DNA from: Bigelowiella natans CCMP2755
Taxonomy: Eukaryota > Protista > Cercozoa
Length of the DNA stretch: 49,095 bases
Direction of reading: 5' to 3'
NCBI GenBank assembly: GCA_000320545.1
Contig: ADNK01001932.1
Span: forward strand, 1-49,095
Position 1 is the stretch's first letter, and each line of letters opens with the position of its first letter. Shown one piece after another: positions 1-10,580 of this stretch. The position numbers and the translations under genes were made by a program. The notes below the pieces were generated by a model, which was not told the DNA's origin, made no database searches, and saw only the letters and a list, made by a program, of their open reading frames with translations.

Positions 1-415
1 GTCTTTGGCGTCTTTACAATGCATTTTTTGGCAGTTGCTAAGGTCTTAAGCGCAGACACTTGACTAGGATGTGTTCCGAAGTGGCTCTTCAAGTGAACTT
101 TTCGAGGTTTTGTTTTTTCCAGCAAGCTGCTTTGCAAACTGAGAAATCGAAACATGCTCCGCATCCGAACCCTTTCCGGTTTTCTTCTGCCCAAACCATC
201 GACTGTAAAACTTTGCAAAAAATGAACGCTCGAAGAGTATGCGCACGTTGCCGTAATCAGCCCGTTTGGGAGGAAGATGTGTAAGAACACTAAACAGCAT
301 GAACTTGTTCGACAATGATCGTTCATTCGTTTCTTTCTGAGTCGGAGTTTTTGCCTCTTGGAGGCCAAGTGCCTGAAGCCCACTTTCACACATCCCCTCG
401 TCAAACAAAGTCTAA

Positions 416-515
416 GGAAGTCTCGGAATTTCAACCAAGGACCGGTAAACCTTTTTTCATCGGATGGCCAACAGGTCAATTCGGATCACATCCCTCCCCC
501 CTCCCCTCCCCCCCC

Positions 516-561
<46 letters not shown>

Positions 562-1976
562 CAGCGCGTTTGTCAATAAATTCGTGTCAAAAAGATTTCT
601 GATGAAGCATGGTATGTAATATATAGGAAGCTCTCCACTTGGAGTTTACAAGGAGTTGATAAAGATGTATAAAGACGGTTTACTCTCCTTCAAGCATGTC
701 ATGTACGACGTCGTTGTCAAATGATCTGATTTTTTTTAATAATACGTTGTGGTTAATAGACATGTGGTGATTTTGTTGTAGTCATATATTGTATGCTGTC
801 ATATCTTTGATTCTACATGTTATGACTTATTATTGTATGCTGTCATATCTTTGATTCTACATGTTGACGCATGTATGTATGATGACTTATTATTGTTATC
901 TGCACCTTTGTAGTCATATATTGTATGCTGTCATATCTTTGATTCTACATGTTGACGCATGTATGTATGATGACTTATTATTGTTATCTGCACCTTTGTA
1001 ATCATGACTACTCCCCAAGCCATCTTCATAGTCTTAATGTATGTCTCAAGGTTTCACAAAACACAGACAGCAGACGAGAATGATACTCTCAGCTCCTTCT
1101 ATCCATTCTTCTTGTCGTCTATCTTCAAACGACGTATATTTTTATATGATAAGATCCTTTAACATGGACGAGTATGTTGGGCTGCCAAAAGAGCACAAAG
1201 AATCTTACCATTCATTCAGTGAGTAGTGATATTCATCCATATCCAATGCTGCTACTTATATTACTACTCTCTACCTTTTCTTATTTTAGTGTGGACAAAT
1301 TTCTTCAAGCATATCGATATTCAGCCTGAAAATGCATTCATTTTGGATGGAAATGCCAAAGATCTTGACGTATTGTTACGATAATGGAAGAGGAGAAAGA
1401 AGAAGAGGGAGGGGTGGGAGGGAAAACTATATGTTCAACGACAAGCTTTGGATACTAACACGCACACGCATTTACACATACACAAGCTGTGGATACTGAC
1501 ACACAAACACACACACACACACACACAATCATGCACACATATCATATCAATAGGGGGAATGTGCACGGTATGAAGCTGAGATTAAGAAGAAAGGAGGGAT
1601 TGAGCTCTTTCTCGGGGGGGTACTACTAACAAGCAACATACTTTATTTAAGTGTTTGCATACGTTTATTGTGTATGTACGTGGTGTGATGTTCTTTATAG
1701 TTGTCGTCGATTATTATTATCATCTACCTACTCCTTCCTGGTTGCATTCACTGTTGTGCTGGTTGATTGTTTATTATCATTCGTTGGTTTTGCATTATAC
1801 CGTCGTTTGACGATGGTAGTAGTAGTAACCCATGCATGATCTATCTATCTATCTATCTATCTTCCCCCACCAAGTATTACACATTGTGTGTTGTTGTTGT
1901 TGTTGTTGTTATTGTTGTTATCGAATCGTTATACTATCAGCTATTGTGTTTTCGTCGTCCTTTCTGTCTTTCCCCT

Positions 1977-2014
<38 letters not shown>

Positions 2015-2978
2015 ACTTTTAAGCTGTACATTTTGAGCGTGTGTGTACCATCATCACTATCTCCATCACCATTATCATCATTGTCATTATCATTATCATC
2101 ACGACGTAGGTTGGCACAGATGGCCATATTGCTTTCAATGAACCTGGATCTAGCTTAAAATCACGTACAAGAGTCAAAACGCTTGCTTACGAGACTGTGG
2201 CGTCAAATGCACGTTTCTTTGGAAACGATATTCAAAAAGTTCCTAAAATGGCGCTGACGGTAGGCGATCAACTTTATTCTACTCCTACTTGTTTGCAGGA
2301 AAGCTTTGTGGGTGCTCAGTACCATCATTTCCATCAGCAACGACGATTTGATACAACAACATATACTACGTTTTCATCATAAATAATATAGCCATTATTC
2401 ATTGTATCTTTGTTTGGTGCTAGACAGCAGCACTACTACTTACTGCTACTACTATTATTACTACAATTACAACTACTAGTAGTATATTGCATATACAAAT
2501 ATCACAACATGTCAACAAGTAGTAGTAGTAATAATAGTAGTAGTAGTAGTAGTGGTAGTAAGTAGTTGTAGTAGTCTCCTCCTGGTTTGTTACCATCAAC
2601 AATATACACATTGATATGTGTGTCGTCATCATCATCTTTTTGGGAGAACATTCTGCCTATATTTTTATATGTAGTACTACTACTACTAGCACTATTACCT
2701 GAGCTCCGTTTTGTTTAGATTTCGGATTCTTCAACTCTATGAGTTTGAAGATTTGAATGCCCCTCCTCCTCCTCCTCCTCCTCCTCCTCCTCCCCCTCTT
2801 CCTAATTCCTTTCTTGCTTTGCTGATGATGATGATTATGATGATCCAACAAAGGTCGGTGTCGGCACAGTTATGGAAGCACGGGAGGTGAGTAGTACATC
2901 CTCTAACGCAGCATCATTTTGCATCGCATGGATAATAATTGCACTATCTATCTACCAATTTGGTTTGAAGAAGAAGAA

Positions 2979-3013
<35 letters not shown>

Positions 3014-4588
3014 TGTGCAAGAATATATATTGCAACTGAAATAATCATTGTTATATTATTATTATTATTGGGATGAATAATTGCAAAGGTGGTGGTGATT
3101 GTATCTGGGTTTCGAAAGGCACAAGCATTGGCCACAGCGATTGAAGGTAGTAGTAGTCCGTGCTGTAGTTATAATAACAATAATAATAATAATAAATAAT
3201 AATAATAATTCAAAAATATTAAAAATAATTATTACAATTTATTGATTTAAATTTGGGAAATATATCATTATTCATAGGTAGATACAGCTGATTACTACTA
3301 ATACGCCGCCTCCGACCCCCTATAATACGCCACTTTGTGTGTTAGTAGTCATCGCTATCACCACCATCATCATCTTCTTCATCATCTTCATCATCACGCA
3401 AGAGCGCAACAACCTAACAATAAATCATGTGTTTTATTCACACTACTACTATTACCACTAATACTAACACTACTCTACTATAAGAGGGCGTTAACCACAT
3501 GTGTACGTTATCGGCCCTTCAAATGCATCCAAGGTGCTGCAGCCCGAATACAAATAACATTAATCATTATATTAGTAATGAGGATAGTGGTAATGGAGTA
3601 GTTGATGGTGGAAGACACGGAAGACAGACTCTCATAATGATAATGATCATGATCATCATGGGGACGATACTGATGATGTTAAAAAGATGATAAATATGAT
3701 AGAGGGCTGTTGCTTAAATAATGATGATGGTGATGATAATGATGATGATGATTTTAAGTTAGCTGTGTAGTACATTATTCAGTATGCTGCTGCTGCTGCT
3801 TTGGCTTGAATAATTATCGATGATTAGAGTATAATCTTCAAATAATGACTCTTCCACACACGCTAAGCACACATAGTATAATAATAATAATAATAATAAT
3901 AATGCGTAAGAATCTAATCCATCAAACTGTGGTGCTGCTCGTTGTCGTAATAATAAGGGGGATGGTTGTTTGCGACGAGGATGCAACTAATGAACTACGG
4001 TATTATTGGATGATGATACACTGATGATGACGACGATGATCATGATCATGATCATATTGACGATACTAGTAACTAGCACAGTATCATTGTTTTTGTTATG
4101 ATGTTTATTATATATCCTCATCATGATGATGATCACCATCCTCAGCATAATCTGTAATATATCAGTGTACGTACAGTCAAGTACTTCAAGGGTCTAGCAA
4201 AGGTAGTAGTATTATGCTGCTGCTGCTACTAATATATACACCCACTATTACTATTATTAATCATACTCCTACTTCTTCCTACCTATCTACGGCGAAGAAC
4301 TTTCTCCCTGCCCCCTTTTCAGATGTTATCATACGAAGTGATGCAGCACTTATTATGTGGATATCATATATTGCAAACTCCAAATGGGTGTAATGAATGC
4401 TGTAAGAGTTATCATCGTGTAATTTTCAAATTGCTTTGTTTTCCTCCTTCTTCTTTTCTCGAGACGTGCTATCATCTCCTTCCCGTCATCATCATTCTTC
4501 TTTCTGTGACTCATTATTCTAAACTTTAAATCTATAATGGAGGTGCACAATGAATTGGTAAAACTTGATGACCATACTTCAGTCCCAA
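416..4588 (+). CDS. GNPDA: Glucosamine-6-phosphate deaminase (NagB/GNPDA), multi-exon; start not resolved, possible last exon near 5374-5441
   Basis: Spliced exons (approx. 416-473, 627-702, 1154-1218, 1290-1369, 1554-1619, 2110-2259, 2854-2886, 3089-3146, 3485-3533, 3958-3999, 4166-4202, 4543-4588) give [14 protein letters not shown]...[36 protein letters not shown]...[35 protein letters not shown]...[15 protein letters not shown]...[15 protein letters not shown]...[21 protein letters not shown], all hallmark GNPDA motifs. Confidence 0.95.
779..1000. repeat. Intronic tandem repeat, roughly 90-bp unit (tagtcatatattgtatgctgtcatatctttgattctacatgtt...), partial and full copies
   Basis: ttgtatgctgtcatatctttgattctacatgtt occurs three times; gacgcatgtatgtatgatgacttattattgttatctgcacctttgta occurs twice. 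Confidence 0.9.
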
Positions 4589-5275
4589 GTATTCATCAAT
4601 TCGTAGTTATTACTAACACCGTAGCCAAACAAAGCAACATGATGATGATGATGAGGAGGAGGAGGAGGAGGGTTAAAAGTGATGAAGAATTCTTCTTAAT
4701 TGCATAATCATCACACACACATAACAAGTATAATACTGGGTCATAGTCATCTACCGATGATCTGTGCGTAATTGCATCATGCCCCCCTCCTATCGAAGAA
4801 TGATGATGATGATGATAATGCCCTACGTAGTAGCTTCTACGGCAAACAACAAAACTACGAATGTTCCTCGTTTTTTCTTTCAGTACATTTTTTAATGTTT
4901 CTATGATATCATATCCTCGGGTAAAGCTAGTTCTTCCATTGAGTGCATTTGTGTTTCTTCTTCTTCTTCTTCTTCTTCTTCTTCTTCTGCTCTCTATAGA
5001 GTATAGTGACCGACTACTGGATATGAAGAAGGTAATCATAGCATGTTAGGAAAAATGATAAATCTGTACGTATTCATCAGTCGTTTCATAGGTGAGTGAG
5101 AACACAAATGGACACACACGCACGCACAAAGAATGAGTATCTACACACAATAATCTATAATATGTGAAATATGTAATTTCACACACGTACACACACACGT
5201 ACACATACACATACACGTCACACACGAACCCATCACATACGGGAAGACAGGGACAAACACACACACACACACACA

Positions 5276-5320
<45 letters not shown>

Positions 5321-5854
5321 AAGAAGTTGTCACTTCATTCCTTTACCAAGTATGGCATTTCCATAATTTTCAGTACATCGTGACTCCTCCTCCTGGGTCA
5401 AAGCGTCCGGCATCTGAGGGAGATGGGGAGCAGAAAATGTGAGAATATTCTAAGTAGTACCCTACTTTGCCAAATAGGAGGAGGATGGGAAAACAATAAA
5501 AAAATATCATTTCGTCAATGCTGCACTCATCTGTGATGTCAAAATAGAGAAAGTGTAAAGTTTACTGCACTGCACTTGTTGGAACGGGATATGGTTTCTC
5601 TCTGATGTTCCTCTCCAAATCAGGAATTTCTCCACCGTCCTTGCAGCAAAAAAGCAAAAAAAATAAGGTTCCATCAATTTGACAATTTGTCTTTGGTGAG
5701 GCAAAAATTATGCACTACCTCACGTGATTGCTGCATGGAGAAAATTGTGCAAATTTGGCAAAAATGTATTTTGGCGTTGAAAACGGCACGTTTCCATGGA
5801 GATGCTGTGTTCATGCACGTGCATGCGTGTGATGCACGTCTGCACCAACCAGCA

Positions 5855-6812
5855 CACAGCTCCGTCAAACCTGCAACGAATCGCCAGAATGTGCATTTGG
5901 AAGCTTTTGCGCGCGTCATGTGATGTGACAGACATCGCAAGCGGCCGCATCTTGTTGCGCTCAAAACCACAAGACTGTTGCTAGTTTGTTCAATTTTGCA
6001 AATTGAGCCACCGGACCTTCACGGTTCGATTCCTGATGGCTTCAAGTGTTTCCCATTGAAAAATCAATGTGGCAATTTTTTCAGACGATTTTGCTTGAAA
6101 TGCACCCCGGGATGCCAGGGATTGGTTGTCTGACGGACGAAAATGTGCATTCTTTCTCGGCAAGGGTCAAAAAATCGGCCATTGAACCCAGAATTTGAAT
6201 GGGAAACATTTGAACATGCGATGCACACATCTGTGCGTTCGCTGCATGTGAATCGGTGCGCATCATGTTGTGTTTTCGTGTCAAACTTTTGCAGAAAATG
6301 GACGATTTTCCTCATTTTTCGACCTTCAATGGCCTGTGAAATGAACATGTGTGACTTTTTTTTCAAAAAAAGTGCAGATGCACGACCCTGACACATGTTG
6401 CAAGGCATTTGCGAGCAAGAAAATTTGAATTTTGAGAAAAAAAGTCGAATTTTAGCGCAACAAGATGCGGCCGCTTGCGCATTGGATTTGCTCGCATTTC
6501 TTTGAAATTTTTCGTGCACATCACATTTTGGTCAAACGCACGCGCAAAAGCATTCAAAATGTGGCAGCGAACAAACGCGCAGCGTGCATCCGCTACACAA
6601 CGGGTGTGAATTTTCACACTTTGCGCGCTCACGTGCTGAGGCCTTGAAAATGGACATTTTGGTCAACGTTTCGGTCATTTTTTGAGGTTTGGCCATCGGA
6701 CAAGTTCTGATGACTTTTCTTTGACCAACTGCAACTGCCTGCTGCTTCAAAGCGCGTCGCAAAGCACTGCACTGTTCACAACCCCGTCGTCACCGGGTTT
6801 GACGGACTTGTG
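5855..6812. mobile_element. Degenerate non-autonomous DNA-transposon-like element hosting a nested MITE
   Basis: Short inverted repeats tccgtcaaacc (5861-5871) and ggtttgacgga (6796-6806). Internal segments recur at 14682-14775 (inverted) and 15001-15290 (direct). No transposase ORF. Confidence 0.5.
5936..6479. mobile_element. MITE of about 544 bp with 26-bp perfect terminal inverted repeats, probably Tc1/mariner-pogo type
   Basis: cgcaagcggccgcatcttgttgcgct (5936-5961) is the exact reverse complement of 6454-6479. Internal imperfect IR caagtgtttcccattgaa (6043-6060) / ttgaatgggaaacatttg (6195-6212). An empty-site-like paralogous junction lies at about 15001-15052. Confidence 0.8.
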
Positions 6813-7479
6813 GAGCGCGATCGAACGCCACGCTAGCACGGTCTAGCGGTTGCGCTCTTCAAAATGAACCAATTGCATTTTTTTTCTGAGCCACGCACTG
6901 CTAGACTGCGTTGAGAGTGGGGTCGGTTGCACAAATTTTCGATGAAAATGCGGACCCATTCTCGTTTCCCCTCCACCTCTGATGTGCATTTGTGTTTGCT
7001 AACATGCAGCTAGTGCGGGCGCTCATGTGCGCGCATGCGCACGCGCTGCTGAGCACCATCTAGCTAGCTAGCCATGGACACACGAAATCATTGTCGATCA
7101 GAATTATGCAAGTGACATGTGAGATGAGCTTGATATATGCCATCTGACTTGTTCACATCGCAACCCACACTGAGCACACTACTAGACTAGCACAGCTAGC
7201 TAGGCACATCTCCGTTGGGTCGTTGTACTACTCAGCTGCATCGTCTAATGGATCATGCTAGCATGAGCAGTCATGCATTGCTCATTGAAAATGCGTCACA
7301 TCACGTCATGACAACAATGTCTAGAACGTGCCATCATGCAAGTGATAATGCGCCCAAGCGTTAGATCGACAGCGTCTGGACTGTCTGGACAGCTCTAGAG
7401 CTAGGCAAGGCATGGCAATTTGTAATGATGGTTTTTACCCATGCCGACATTTGGCCACAATGGTGCAATTGCTTTGTCA

Positions 7480-8109
7480 TCACCTTCGACATCGCCTGTC
7501 AAATGCAAATATGACCCAACGTTTATCCAGTGTTTCAAAACCCAGTTGACGCCGATAATCATAGTAGAATCCCTGAGATAGCACATCGAGTAACAAGTGT
7601 AAGTATCATAGCAACGTAAATGAGATGCTATGACAGTAGTGAAAGTACCTGCACATTTGCCGATTTTTCTTCTTCAACGATTATGTTCCACATTCCTCCC
7701 CCTAGTTCTTCTTCTGCAGATTTACGTAGCGCATCTGCGACTGGTTTTGAGAAATCTGCACTACTAATAAGGCTGCCGAGCTTATTGAACGAAGAGCTAT
7801 CTAACCCGTCTTTCAGAGTCACACGCATTTGCTGAAAATGGGGCAGCGTGATTACTTCTGTTGAAGAGGAGATTGTATCATTTGCTGAAATTTCAAATCC
7901 AGGCGTATGACAGTCAACTCCTCCTCCCGAGCTGTCGAATCCAACGTCACTTTCCTGGATAAAATAATACCGTAAGCAGCAACACAAATATGCTAGGGAA
8001 CTTGTTAATTGTGGAACATGTGAGGGCGACCTTGCAGATTAGTACTTCAATGCGAGAAGTTGAGAGTTGTACGTAATTCCTACAGTAGACTGAGTAGCTG
8101 AATCGGGGA

Positions 8110-8175
<66 letters not shown>

Positions 8176-8777
8176 ACGGTATTTATTAAACTGAGCTGCT
8201 GAAAGGGGGAATCTAGATATAATAGAATATTTAAAGCGTCCAAGATCTACGTACTCAATACTGATGGTTAAAAAAAAAAAAGAGAGGAGAATTTCAGCCG
8301 TTTTGATGATGGGGATGGATGAAATAATGAGAACCCATAATGAAAACGTCCCAAAAGCCGCCAAATTTCTCCCCAAGTAGAGTGCTTACTTTAACCGTGT
8401 TCGTTGTAGCTATTTGGTCCTAGTAATTGAAGATGATGCGCTAGCTTGAATATAATATTCCCCGTTGTTTCGTCGTTGCCAGAATAAATGTAATGGAAGG
8501 CTATACCTTTTTTTCTGGTGCCTGGCTTAGAAATAAATCCATCACCTCTTGTGCAGCTTCCCTCCCCATATCTGATGCAACCTGAAACGGCATCATTCAG
8601 ATGATACGTTCTTCTCTCTTGAGAAGGGCTACTAACAGCCATCATTTCGCATTCTTCCAAGCCGTTTGCATCTAGAGTATATCCTTCGACACTCGTGGGG
8701 CAGAGAAGTAGCAGAAGATGACAAGGAAGAACCGTCCAAATCATTGACCCGACACGGGATGATTCTACGACGTCCAT
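7480..8777 (-). CDS. Hypothetical secreted protein with a C-terminal dynein light chain LC8/ground-like segment (4-5 exons)
   Basis: Phase-consistent splicing 8777-8396, 8110-8046, ~7954-7649, ~7572-7480. N-terminal signal-like MIWTVLPCHLLLLLCPTSVEG; C-terminus SKPVADALRKSAEEELGGGMWNIIVEEEKSANVQGFYYDYRRQLGFETLDKRWVIFAFD resembles the LC8 pattern by eye. Confidence 0.6.
8112..8172. repeat. (TA)n microsatellite of about 30 units in an intron, representative of the many intronic SSRs ((CT)n, (CA)n, (GAT)n, (TAG)n, (TA)n)
   Basis: Directly visible. Confidence 0.95.
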
Positions 8778-9479
8778 TCCATTGAAGCAGTACGATGTGG
8801 GCTCTCACCGAGTTATTAAATACGCCATCAGTATGAAGTTGACGCAATATTAAATTCAGGGGGATTATTGATCATTTGAAAATGTACACAACAGTCTACC
8901 AACCCAGAGGCGCATGCAGAATTTTCCCCAAAAATAGGGTAAATCATGGTATTTGATCTACATGTAGATGTAGATCTACAAGAAGGCATTTGAACTCCTC
9001 AACAGGGAATACTCGATTCGCAATTAAACATTTGTAAACGACGAGATGAATACCATCCCATGTGTTTTATGCCTGGATTATTGGTAATTCATGAGTGGAA
9101 ATAGAATCAAGAAAAGTCTCATTTATTGGATTATGTGAGTTTAGGAGTTGAGGCTGGCTAAATGAAAGTTGGCAGCAGAAGAAATGCTCATTGAAATAAA
9201 GATACGACTTGAAGAAATGTTGTATAATGGCATAAACTACCTCCATTTAGGAGATAGTACAACAGTATCTCAATTGTTCGTTCGGATTCGATTGCTTCGA
9301 AAATCCAAATCTCATCACATCGTGTGTCACACGCTCGACCTCTTGAAGGTTTGCATGCACTGTGATGCAAAAAACAAGACCTTTTCTCTGGAAGGAACAC
9401 TTCTGGACTTCCCCCTTCGACTTTTGATGTCTTATAAATGATATGATGTCTTTACCTGTAGATTTGACACCGTAAGACA

Positions 9480-10325
9480 ATGGCCGCCTCCAAAGAAAAA
9501 ACCCATCTCGAAGACATCCAATCCAAAGATACAGAGGATAAGTCTTTAAACAATTACAAGGAAAAGCTACTTGGCAAGGTTTGAATCATGAATTAGTTCG
9601 TTTGCTAATAGCACATTGCCGTGGCCTTTGTGCAATTGTAAAGAATGTCATAATGTAGGTCGGCACCCCTTTTCCTGAAGATCCTCGCAAAGTTATCGTG
9701 AAAGAGTTCTACATTCAATTTGAGGATGGCACCAAAATTACTATGGATCCTACTGATAAGAAGCTCATAGATAAACTCAAGAAGGAACCCATTGAGATAA
9801 AAGTAGGTTTTGAAATAAATAGGTAAAAACAAAAGTAGAACACTGTGATAATGTTCTTCAAAGGATCACGAGAGACATTTTTGAACTACGTAAAAACACC
9901 ATTTTAAAGGAGAAGGCGCTTTATAAATTTGGAGTCGGGTTTTACATCCAGCACGACATCTGCCATGGCTTAAAACTCAGCATTAAAGTTGGCAAGGTGA
10001 ACAAACGGTACGAGTACAAATTGACAACATAGTTTACGTAATCTGTTTCCAAAAATACAGATGGGATTTAGCAACACCGATCACTTTACTCTGGGATCGT
10101 ATGGGCCCAAAGAAGAGATCCAGACTTGGTTTCAGAAGGAATGGGAAGAAGCGCCTTCAGGGTTGGTATTCATCTTCGAGGAAATCCACTCGCGATGAAT
10201 GATTTTGAAACATATTTCGCAGAATGCTGTCCCGTGGAGGCTACAGCGGTGCAGGAACATTTTACGACTTGGACAAAAACAAGCATCTTGAGTGGAACTT
10301 CAAGCTGAATATCGTTAAGGCCTAA
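9480..10325 (+). CDS. RhoGDI: Rho GDP-dissociation inhibitor (5 exons)
   Basis: Exons 9480-9578, 9659-9802, 9910-9996, 10061-10161, 10223-10325 give ...DTEDKSLNNYKEKLLG...DPRKVIV...IKEKALYKFGVGFYIQHDICHGLK...LGSYGPK...EEAPSGMLSRGGY...FYDLDKNKHLEWNFKLNIVKA*. Confidence 0.95.
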
Positions 10326-10580
10326 TCACCACATTTATTGCCTTCTGTAGTTGCATGGAAGATGTTTCCCAATTCAGGTCACATGCATTTAGCAACAAGC
10401 ATGCAGCCATTGGAATCGCATGAGAAAGTACATTTGTTACATGTGCATGACAAATGTCATGTGTTGATTCTGCAATGTGGCACAAAGCAGCATGTTCTCA
10501 ACGTTGCTGCAGCAGAGAATGGTCGCAGTCAACAACACTTTGGCACTGGCGCCTACTTTTCCAAATGGGCAGCTACATAT

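Noticed and set aside
1651-5333. Homopolymeric ORFs (poly-M/D/H/L/RE/CV) here and throughout the window
   Set aside because: Translations of intronic microsatellites.
6005-6043. tRNA-like B-box (ggttcgattcc) inside the MITE
   Set aside because: No convincing cloverleaf or A-box.
5507-6762. Many overlapping Cys/His/Met-rich ORFs (also at 10338-10672 and 14113-15694)
   Set aside because: Artefact of TpA loss, which removes TAA/TAG stops and enriches TGC/CAT/ATG. No recognisable protein or transposase motifs.
8080-8376. Apparent transmembrane-coding ORF
   Set aside because: Falls within the phase-consistent intron 8395-8111, which includes the (TA)n tract.
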